From: an uncultured Saprospiraceae bacterium
Lineage (GTDB): Bacteria > Bacteroidota > Bacteroidia > Chitinophagales > Saprospiraceae
DNA: 64,000 nucleotides
NCBI GenBank assembly: GCA_937924495.1
Contig: CALDSS010000033.1
Coordinates: 13,624 to 77,623, forward strand
Direction of reading: 5' to 3'
In this document: positions 29,972 through 37,709 of the stretch, in pieces
Numbering within the stretch: the first letter of the stretch is position 1
Layout: every line of letters begins with the position of its first letter
Notes under the pieces: model-generated
What the model was told of the DNA's origin: nothing
The model's input: the letters and a program-made list of their open reading frames with translations, nothing else
Database searches by the model: none
Made by a program: the position numbers and the translations under genes

Positions 29972-30005
29972 CACAAAAAAGGCCCACGAAATCAATCGTG
30001 AGCCT
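29972..30005 (-). terminator. Rho-independent terminator after tRNA-Phe
   Basis: The minus strand reads AGGCTCACGA-ttgatt-TCGTGGGCCT followed by TTTTTTGTGTCTTTTTT. Confidence 0.65.
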
Positions 30006-30008
30006 TTG

Positions 30009-30081
30009 TGGAGCGGGACGGAATTGAACCGCCGACACATGGATTTTCAGTCCATTGCTCTACCAACTGAGCTACCGCTCC
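30009..30081 (-). tRNA. tRNA-Phe (anticodon GAA)
   Basis: The reverse complement GGAGCGGTAGCTCAGTTGGTAGAGCAATGGACTGAAAATCCATGTGTCGGCGGTTCAATTCCGTCCCGCTCCA forms a canonical cloverleaf with anticodon loop CTGAAAA. Confidence 0.9.
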
Positions 30082-30114
30082 TCCTTATTTTTTGTGCTTT
30101 CTTTCAAGCGGGTG

Positions 30115-30122
30115 CAAATGTA
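30115..30122 (-). promoter_or_regulatory. Bacteroidota -7 promoter box (TACATTTG) for tRNA-Phe
   Basis: The minus strand reads TACATTTGCACCCG about 35 nt upstream of the tRNA 5' end and shares the TTTGCACCCG block with the tRNA-Met promoter. Confidence 0.5.
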
Positions 30123-30294
30123 ATTTCATTTTTCTTTTTTCACAATATTTGAAAAAGAAATTTTAAGCAATTTTAGTTTCTGGCAAAAAGACTTTTTATT
30201 GTGGTATCTTTTAAAACAACTTCAAACCGTTCGAGTAGCAAATAAATAACATTATGCCTTATTATTTTAATTTGAAACTTGAAACCCGATTATT

Positions 30295-31611
30295 ATGAAA
30301 AAACTGTGGCTCGTAATTAAGCGAGAATACCTTACACGTGTCAGAAAACGCTCTTTTATTTTGGGGACGTTACTTACGCCGCTTGCATTTGGATTATTCT
30401 TCATTGTGGTAGGATTTATTTTTTCTTACGAAAGTGATGAAGAAAAAATCGTTGCCGTAATTGACAAAGGAAATATTCTGGAAAAGAAAATTAGTGATGC
30501 GAAAAAATTATACTTTCAATTTCCTAATAAATCTTTGGATGAATTAAAAGCTGCTGTTGCAGAGAAAAAATTTGATGGCGTGCTTGTAATTCCAACGATC
30601 AATGATCTTTATGTAAAAGATCAAACAGTTTACTATTATTCGGAAAAGCCACCTTCTGCTGATATGAGTTCCTTTATTGAAAAAAGGATAGAAAAATCAA
30701 TTCGAGATTATAAAATAAGTGAACTTAACCTTGAAGCTAAGCAAATTGAAGCGCTAGGCGTCAATGTTTCTGTTGATCCAGAGCCACTCGATCCAAATGA
30801 AGATAATGCAACCACTTTTTCTTCGGCAGTGGGCGTTTTCCTTGGAATGATGATGGGTTTCATTATGTACACTGTGGTTTTTGTTTACGGAATGATGGTG
30901 ATGCGCTCTGTGATGGAGGAAAAAACAACTCGAATAGTAGAAGTTATGATTTCTTCATTAAAGCCATTTCAATTGATGATGGGTAAAATCATAGGCGTGG
31001 GAGCTGTTGGCCTAACTCAGGTGACTGTATGGGCGATTTTGATTCCAGCAATTTCTTTTTTGGTACAAATTGTTTTTGGATTTGATAATAGTCGCTTGGA
31101 AGAGATGCAAGCTGCTCAAGGGGGAATAAATCCTGATGACATGGAAGCAATGGTTCATCTGGCCATGAATGAATTAAGTCAAATGAACTGGTGGGTAATT
31201 ATTCCCCTTTTCATTTTGTACTTTCTTGGTGGTTACTTTTTGTATGCATCCTTATTTGCTGCGGTTGGTTCGGCCATCGGAGATGACATGGGGGAAGCTC
31301 AGTCTTTGACTTTACCAATTTCTATTCCTGTAATTTTGGCCTTATATATTATGATTGTAGCAGTTCAGTCGCCAGATAGTAGCTTGGCAGTTTGGTCGTC
31401 AATTTTTCCACTGTTCTCCCCTATTGTGATGCCTGCTCGGCTGGCTTTTGATCCACCAGCTTGGCAGATTGCCCTTTCTTTGGTTTTATTGATAGCAACT
31501 GTCCTATTTTTCGTTTGGTTGGCAGGGCGAATTTATCGAGTTGGAATTTTGATGTATGGGAAGAAAGCATCTCCGATGGAGATAATGAAGTGGATTTTTG
31601 CAAAAGTTTAA
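30295..31611 (+). CDS. ABC-2 type transporter permease (NatB-like)
   Basis: One N-terminal TM, a large extracytoplasmic loop and five C-terminal TM helices; 'MEEKTTRIVEVMISS.KPFQLMMGK' is typical of the family. Confidence 0.75.
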   Translation: MKKLWLVIKREYLTRVRKRSFILGTLLTPLAFGLFFIVVGFIFSYESDEEKIVAVIDKGNILEKKISDAKKLYFQFPNKSLDELKAAVAEKKFDGVLVIPTINDLYVKDQTVYYYSEKPPSADMSSFIEKRIEKSIRDYKISELNLEAKQIEALGVNVSVDPEPLDPNEDNATTFSSAVGVFLGMMMGFIMYTVVFVYGMMVMRSVMEEKTTRIVEVMISSLKPFQLMMGKIIGVGAVGLTQVTVWAILIPAISFLVQIVFGFDNSRLEEMQAAQGGINPDDMEAMVHLAMNELSQMNWWVIIPLFILYFLGGYFLYASLFAAVGSAIGDDMGEAQSLTLPISIPVILALYIMIVAVQSPDSSLAVWSSIFPLFSPIVMPARLAFDPPAWQIALSLVLLIATVLFFVWLAGRIYRVGILMYGKKASPMEIMKWIFAKV

Positions 31612-31630
31612 AACCGATTTATGTCAATAA

Positions 31631-31667
31631 AAAATCCGCCAAATCTTTCGACTTGGCGGATTTTTTA
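31631..31667. terminator. bidirectional Rho-independent terminator
   Basis: AATCCGCCAA-(10 nt)-TTGGCGGATT flanked by an A-run and a T-run, between convergent genes. Confidence 0.7.
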
Positions 31668-31684
31668 TTCTGATTTGAAAATAA

Positions 31685-32629
31685 TTAAGCTGATGCTTTA
31701 AATGCTTCAACCAATTTTGGAACTACCTCAAAAGCATCTCCAACCACTCCATAATCAGCAGCTTTGAAGAAAGGTGCTTCTGGGTCTTTATTAATAACCA
31801 CAATTACTTTTGATTGATTTACTCCAGCTAAGTGCTGAATTGCTCCAGAAATAGCGATAGCGATGTATAAATTAGGTCGAATCGCTACCCCAGTTTGTCC
31901 AACATGCTCATGATGAGGGCGCCAGCCTGTATCTGCAACTGGACGAGAACAAGCGGTTGTTGCTCCTAAGACTTCAGCCAAATCCTCTACCATTCCCCAA
32001 TTTTCTGGCCCTTTTAATCCACGACCTGCACTTACTACCAATTCAGCTTCTGGCAATGGAACCATTCCTCCACTTTCTTTTGATTGTGAAGTTTTAAGTG
32101 TGCTTGCACCAACATCAATTCCTAAAGATTCAACAGCCACATCACTTCCAATTACTTCTGGCTTCAATGAATTTCCCATTAAAGAAATCACTTTGTTTGG
32201 AGTATTGATTTCATAAGTTGCAATGGCTTTTCCAGAGAATACACCTTTTGTTACTTTAAAAGAACCATTGTTTGTTGGTAATCCATTTGCTCCTGCAACC
32301 GAGCCCGCATCCATTCTTACGGCCAATCTTCCACAAAGAGATTTTCCAGATGAAGTATGTGAAACAATAATGGTTGTTGCACCTAATTGGTTGGCCGCTT
32401 CTGCAATCGCTTTGGTAAATTGTTGGCTATCAAAATTGTCTAACCCACCAATATTATAAACTTTTGAAGCACCGTATTGACCTAATTGGCCGGCGTTGTC
32501 GGCATTTCCTAAAGTCAACGCAACACACTCAGTACCAAGCACTTCCGCCGTTTTTTTACCGTAATAAACTGCTTCAAAAGCGGCTTTTTTTAATTGTCCT
32601 CCCGGACTTTCTGCATATACTAAAACCAT
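31685..32629 (-). CDS. etfA: electron transfer flavoprotein alpha subunit
   Basis: 'VVSAGRGL', 'GA..ACSRP..D.GW', 'VGQTG..I.P.LYIA.(A)ISGAIQH..G' and 'IV.INKD..APFF..ADYG.VGD'. Confidence 0.9.
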   Translation of the reverse strand: MVLVYAESPGGQLKKAAFEAVYYGKKTAEVLGTECVALTLGNADNAGQLGQYGASKVYNIGGLDNFDSQQFTKAIAEAANQLGATTIIVSHTSSGKSLCGRLAVRMDAGSVAGANGLPTNNGSFKVTKGVFSGKAIATYEINTPNKVISLMGNSLKPEVIGSDVAVESLGIDVGASTLKTSQSKESGGMVPLPEAELVVSAGRGLKGPENWGMVEDLAEVLGATTACSRPVADTGWRPHHEHVGQTGVAIRPNLYIAIAISGAIQHLAGVNQSKVIVVINKDPEAPFFKAADYGVVGDAFEVVPKLVEAFKASA

Positions 32630-32700
32630 AAATATTTATTTTTAAGTTGAAAATTTAATGTTGGAGATTGCAAGTTGAACCTTCAACTTTCAACATATTT

Positions 32701-33441
32701 TTATATAATTTTCGCCTCTTCTTTCAGCAAGCGAACCAATTCACCCATGTTTTCAGGGTCAACTAATTTTACTCCTGTTTTGGCAGGTGGCAAATCAAAA
32801 GAAACTGTAACGGAAGGATCCTTTGCTGCAACTGGCTCTACCACATTAAGTGGTTTTCTTTTTGCCATCATGATTCCTCTCATGTTTGGAATTCTTTGTT
32901 CAGCCATTCCTTTTGCCGCACTTACCACAAATGGAGTGGCCAATTCAACAGTTTCAATTCCACCTTCGATATCTCTTTTTACAGTAGCATTTCCGCCCGC
33001 AGCTTCAAGGCTAACTCCATAAGAAATGAAAGGCTGATCAAGATATTCAGCAACCATTGCTCCTATTTCAGAACCATTATAATCAATAGTCTCTTTTCCA
33101 GTAAAAACAATATCATAGCCGCCAGCCTTTGCCTGTTCTGCAATTTGCTTTGCAACATACATGGCACTTTTCGGCTCTGCATTGACACGAATTGCGTCAT
33201 CTGCTCCAATGGCTAAGGCTTTTCGGATAGTTTGGTCGTTGCTTGCTGGGCCAACATTAATGACCGTAACAGAACCACCATTTGCTTCTTTTAATTCGAT
33301 AGCTCTTACCAGCGCATACCATTCATCATAAGGATTCATGATGTATGAAATGCCCGAAGTATCAAACTCTGAATTGCCATTGGTGAAGGCAATTTTGGAG
33401 GTCGTATCAGGTGTTTTACTAATACAAACTAATAATTTCAT
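32701..33441 (-). CDS. etfB: electron transfer flavoprotein beta subunit
   Basis: 'MKLLVCISKTPDTTSKI......MNPYDE.ALV.AIELKE' and 'D.V..G...IDY....IG.M.AE.L' are the typical EtfB pattern. Confidence 0.9.
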   Translation of the reverse strand: MKLLVCISKTPDTTSKIAFTNGNSEFDTSGISYIMNPYDEWYALVRAIELKEANGGSVTVINVGPASNDQTIRKALAIGADDAIRVNAEPKSAMYVAKQIAEQAKAGGYDIVFTGKETIDYNGSEIGAMVAEYLDQPFISYGVSLEAAGGNATVKRDIEGGIETVELATPFVVSAAKGMAEQRIPNMRGIMMAKRKPLNVVEPVAAKDPSVTVSFDLPPAKTGVKLVDPENMGELVRLLKEEAKII

Positions 33442-33542
33442 AAAAATTTCGGTTTTAATTAAAATCAGCTACAAAGATTTTTTTGAAAGCCGATGCTTAT
33501 TTCTGAACGTTTTTTTTGGAAGTTGGTTTTATAAATTCGCTG

Positions 33543-33550
33543 CAAAGATA
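33543..33550 (-). promoter_or_regulatory. candidate -7 promoter box (TATCTTTG) for etfBA
   Basis: The minus strand reads TATCTTTGCAG about 100 nt upstream of the etfB ATG. Confidence 0.35.
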
Positions 33551-33616
33551 GATTCATTTAAACGTTGATGAAAATTTGCCAGCGAATATTCGCTATTTTA
33601 TTAAACCAATATAATT

Positions 33617-34579
33617 TCAAAATTCTGGCAATTTTCGCTTCCCTGTGGTATAGGTATAGTCTTTAGCACTTTTGCGAGCTGTGTCTCTGCCACTTTGAGC
33701 AGATTTTAAATTTAAATCGGCTACTGCTTTACGAATATCATCTGCCCAAACAAAAAGCCGATTTTCTGGGCGAACATTGAAATATTCATCTGGATAGTAA
33801 ACCAAAGAATTGGTCATATCTACACAAAATCGACTGACATATTTAGATGGCTTCACGGTAAACTCGCCTTCTTCTAATCGCTTAATTGCCTTATACATTT
33901 TGAGGCACATTCGATATTCATACCCCGTCAACATATATGGGTCTTCCCACGCACCCAAACCATTTTCAACTGCGTTCTTTACAGCTGTATGCACCATTCT
34001 CAAATCTGCATCTTTTGGCAAATTTGGATAAATCATAATTGGTGCAGCCCAACCACTTTTCACCATTAAATAGTTGAAAGTTCCACGTTCATTTGGTGGG
34101 TAGGCCAACAATTCTTTATTCGTATATTTTGGAGCAATGTATGCCAGCAACCTACCGTAATGATCAAAAGGAATTTGAGGAGCATGCATGTACAAAGATC
34201 GCCTCCGACCATTGGGTCTTATTAAACGCTGATCCATTAATTCTTTGAAATAAAGTTTGGCATATTCCCCCTGTCTTTTTTGGGTAGAGCCAGCTTCTCC
34301 TGTTTCCAATTTAGGAATTAAATAATTCGCCAAATTTTCATCAATGGTATAAACACCGGCTTTTAATAGTTGAGCTAATTCGTAGAGCTTATCATCAATC
34401 GTTTCGGCAGAACCTGCTCCAGGGTAACTGGTCTCGGGGGTGTCAATCCCCAACATTCTGATTGGCATTTTGACGTAAGGAGTATCTCCGTCAGCGGGTG
34501 TCCCTTCTGCACTTTTGACTCCTAAATAATCGAGTTGAGTTCCTTTTGGATCCCAGAAAAATTGGATTGGACTACTCAT
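33617..34579 (-). CDS. staphylococcal-nuclease (SNase/thermonuclease)-fold protein with a C-terminal extension
   Basis: 'IRMLGIDTPE' parallels the SNase catalytic 'VDTPE'. 'DHYGRLLAYI' parallels SNase 'DKYGRGLAYI'. 'MVKSGWA' parallels 'LVRQGLA'. No signal peptide. Confidence 0.6.
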   Translation of the reverse strand: MSSPIQFFWDPKGTQLDYLGVKSAEGTPADGDTPYVKMPIRMLGIDTPETSYPGAGSAETIDDKLYELAQLLKAGVYTIDENLANYLIPKLETGEAGSTQKRQGEYAKLYFKELMDQRLIRPNGRRRSLYMHAPQIPFDHYGRLLAYIAPKYTNKELLAYPPNERGTFNYLMVKSGWAAPIMIYPNLPKDADLRMVHTAVKNAVENGLGAWEDPYMLTGYEYRMCLKMYKAIKRLEEGEFTVKPSKYVSRFCVDMTNSLVYYPDEYFNVRPENRLFVWADDIRKAVADLNLKSAQSGRDTARKSAKDYTYTTGKRKLPEF

Positions 34580-34627
34580 AGTATTTGTTTGCTCAAAGAA
34601 AGTTATTTTATACGAATTATCCTTTTT

Positions 34628-37558
34628 TTAAACCAATGCATCGTGTAAAATTTCTACTGGATGTAAAGCTTTTTTTCGAGTGCCATCATAAATTTGATGG
34701 CGACAACTTGTACCCGGGGCTGCAATGATAGTTTGAGCGTCCGCTTTTCGAACTGCCGAAAAAAGAACCAACTCACCTATTTGCTGACTCACTTCATAAT
34801 GCTCTTTTTCATATCCAAATGAGCCTGCCATTCCACAACAGCCTGAGGGAATAAATTCTACTGAATAGTTCTTCGGTAGGGATAAAGTCCAGATGCAGTC
34901 CTCTATATTTCCAAGCGATTTTTGATGACAATGGCCATGCAAAAGCACTTGTTTTTTTTCTGTTGAAAAAGATGAAGAAGTGATTTTTCCTTTTTGAATT
35001 TCTTTTGAAATAAACTCATCAATCATCCAACAATTAGTAGCCAGTTGCTTTGCCTCTTCTCTTTTATTTTTGTCAACTAATCGGGGATATTCATCTCGAA
35101 AAGTCAGAATAGCAGAAGGTTCGATTCCTATCAATGGAACACCTGAATCAATTAAATTTTTAAAAATAGAAACATTTTGATTGGCGACTTTTTTAGCTTT
35201 AAAAAGCATTCCTTTTGAAATAGCAGCTCTCCCACTTTCTGGATGATCAATAATTCTAACATCATACTTTAAATTAGTCAGAAGCTGAACTGCCTTAATT
35301 CCAATTTCAGTATCATTCCAATTCGTAAATTCATCACAAAAAAGAAAAACAGAACCATTTTCTGAATTTCCTTTTTTATAATTTTTAGCATACCATTTCC
35401 GTAAAGAATATTTATGAATGGTTGGGATTGACCTTTCACGAGCAACTCCTAAAATTGATTTTGCAATTCCGCTAAAAAAAGAGTTGGTCAAAAAGAAATT
35501 AAATAGGCTTGGAAAGATGCTACCTAGTCTGTTTAGCTTTTCAATATTTGCAAAAGCCCTTGCTCGAAATGGAATTCCATTTGATTGATAATATTGATGC
35601 AAAAATTCAGCTTTCATGCTTGACATGTCCACATTGGAAGGACATTCCGAAGTACATCCTTTGCATGAAAGACATAAATCCAACACTTCTTTTATTTCCT
35701 CATGATTGAATGGATTTTCTTTTTTGTTATTTGTCAAAAATTCCCGGAGCGTATTTGCCCTGGCACGAGTGGTTTCTTTTTCGTTTCGAGTAGCCTGATA
35801 ACTTGGGCACATCGTTCCGCCTGAAAGTGGTAATTTTCTACAATCACCAGAGCCATTACATTTTTCAGCAGCTCTTAAAATCCCATCTGTTGAAGAAAAG
35901 TCAAAAACAGTTTTTATCTTATTTAAAGAAACATCGGGCTCGTATCGCAAAAAAGAATTCATCGGAGCCGTGTCCACAATTTTTCCTGGGTTGAAAATAT
36001 TATTCGGGTCCCAAGTCTTTTTTATTCTCTTAAAAAGTTGATAATTTCCATCCCCAACCATCAAAGGAATAAATGCTCCACGCACTCTCCCATCGCCGTG
36101 TTCTCCACTTAGCGAACCATTATACTTTTTCACCAACTCTGCGGAAGCCTTACTGATTTCATAAAACTGCTGAACGTCTTCAGATTTTTTTAAATCCAAA
36201 ATTGGTCGGAGGTGCAACTCCCCTGCCCCAGCGTGGGCATACACCACCATTTCTTGGTCGAAGTTTTCCATAATTTTTGAAAAATCTTCAATGTAATTCG
36301 GGAGGTCTTCCAATGCAACTGCAGTATCTTCAATACATGCCACAGCCTTTTTATCTCCTGGAATATTGGCTAACAACCCCAAACCTGCTTTTCTTAAATT
36401 CCAAACCTGTTTTGTTTTTTCCTTTGGAATAATAGGAAAGGCATATCCTAAATTCTCAGTTTTAAAATTTTCAATTAAGCGATTGGCTTGAGTCATCGCC
36501 TCTTGCTTCGAGTCACCACGAAACTCGACCATTAAAATAGCAGCTGGATCACCCTGCACAAACCAACGACTTTTCCGATATTCAATATTTTCCTTTGTGC
36601 AATCGAGAATGGTTTTATCCATCAACTCACAAGCGGTGGGATGATGTTTCATGGCCACTTGTGTTCCTGTCAAACTTTGAAGAACCTCCTCAAAATGAGC
36701 TGCCACTACAACCACCTCAGACTTAGGCAAGACGTCAAGGTTCAATTTAATTTCGGTCGTGAATGCCAACGTTCCTTCTGAACCACAAAGTAGTTTGCAA
36801 AAATTAAACGCTTCTTTCTTTTTAGAAAACAATTCCGTTTCCAACAAATAATCAACAGCATAGCCAGTATTCCTTCTATGAATTTGAGCTTTTGGAAAAT
36901 GGTTTCGAATATTTGCTTGATTAAAATCTTGAATTAATTCTTCATAAATCTGATTATAAATTTTTCCTTCAAGCGTATTTGTTTTTATTTTACTATAAAA
37001 TATTCTTTTACTCAATTTTGAAAAGACAGCCGTAGAGCCATCCGACAGCAAAGTTGATAATTCTAAAACATGATCTCTTGTAGATCCATAAACTATAGAG
37101 GTCGTTCCACAAGAATTATTGCCCACCATTCCTCCAATCATTGCTCGATTTGCCGTTGAAGTTATTGGACTAAAAAACAATCCATGAGGCCTTAAAAATT
37201 CATTCAATTCATCTCGAACCACTCCAGGTTGTACCCTAACCCATTGTTCTTCTTTATTGAATTCTAAAATTTTAGTGAAGTGTTTGGAAATATCAACCAC
37301 TATTCCATCACCAACACACTGACCCGCTAAAGAAGTACCTGCTGCTCTTGGGATGAGTGACGTTTTGTTTTCATTCGCAAAATAAACAAGTTTTTTTAAA
37401 TCGTTTTCATTTTTAGGAATAGCGACTGCCATTGGTAATTCGCGATAAACTGATGCGTCAGTTGCATAAAGAACTCGCATTGTTTTATCATAGAAGAATT
37501 CACCTTCTAAATTGTGCGCTAATCTTTCCAGACTTGAGTTATTAATAATCTTAGACAT
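34628..37558 (-). CDS. FAD-binding / 4Fe-4S / CCG-domain fusion oxidoreductase (YdiJ-like 2-hydroxyacid dehydrogenase)
   Basis: PCMH-type FAD domain ('PRAAGTSLAGQ', 'SGEHGDG'), ferredoxin cluster 'CLSCKGCTSECP' and C-terminal Cys-rich 'GCCGMAGSFG'. 976 aa, similar in length and architecture to E. coli YdiJ. Confidence 0.8.
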   Translation of the reverse strand: MSKIINNSSLERLAHNLEGEFFYDKTMRVLYATDASVYRELPMAVAIPKNENDLKKLVYFANENKTSLIPRAAGTSLAGQCVGDGIVVDISKHFTKILEFNKEEQWVRVQPGVVRDELNEFLRPHGLFFSPITSTANRAMIGGMVGNNSCGTTSIVYGSTRDHVLELSTLLSDGSTAVFSKLSKRIFYSKIKTNTLEGKIYNQIYEELIQDFNQANIRNHFPKAQIHRRNTGYAVDYLLETELFSKKKEAFNFCKLLCGSEGTLAFTTEIKLNLDVLPKSEVVVVAAHFEEVLQSLTGTQVAMKHHPTACELMDKTILDCTKENIEYRKSRWFVQGDPAAILMVEFRGDSKQEAMTQANRLIENFKTENLGYAFPIIPKEKTKQVWNLRKAGLGLLANIPGDKKAVACIEDTAVALEDLPNYIEDFSKIMENFDQEMVVYAHAGAGELHLRPILDLKKSEDVQQFYEISKASAELVKKYNGSLSGEHGDGRVRGAFIPLMVGDGNYQLFKRIKKTWDPNNIFNPGKIVDTAPMNSFLRYEPDVSLNKIKTVFDFSSTDGILRAAEKCNGSGDCRKLPLSGGTMCPSYQATRNEKETTRARANTLREFLTNNKKENPFNHEEIKEVLDLCLSCKGCTSECPSNVDMSSMKAEFLHQYYQSNGIPFRARAFANIEKLNRLGSIFPSLFNFFLTNSFFSGIAKSILGVARERSIPTIHKYSLRKWYAKNYKKGNSENGSVFLFCDEFTNWNDTEIGIKAVQLLTNLKYDVRIIDHPESGRAAISKGMLFKAKKVANQNVSIFKNLIDSGVPLIGIEPSAILTFRDEYPRLVDKNKREEAKQLATNCWMIDEFISKEIQKGKITSSSFSTEKKQVLLHGHCHQKSLGNIEDCIWTLSLPKNYSVEFIPSGCCGMAGSFGYEKEHYEVSQQIGELVLFSAVRKADAQTIIAAPGTSCRHQIYDGTRKKALHPVEILHDALV

Positions 37559-37574
37559 TTCTCAAGAAATAATA

Positions 37575-37701
37575 GGAGGCTGTCTCATCAGTACTATTTT
37601 GCCCCATGTTTACTAAACTTTTAAAATTTTGTAAAGATCAAATCAGGAAATTACAAATTTAAAAACCACTAAATCGTCTGATTACTTATGAGACAGCCTT
37701 C
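37575..37701. repeat. structured ~127-bp repeat with 14-nt terminal inverted repeats (copy A; MITE/REP-like)
   Basis: GGAGGCTGTCTCAT ... ATGAGACAGCCTTC. It aligns to the reverse complement of 52975-53107 with about 14 mismatches over the first ~110 positions (manual alignment). Confidence 0.7.
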
Positions 37702-37709
37702 TTTCAGTA

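Noticed and set aside
29895-30152. 85-aa + strand ORF
   Set aside because: It overlaps tRNA-Phe, its promoter and its terminator on the opposite strand. The middle of the translation is simply the tRNA sequence read as protein.
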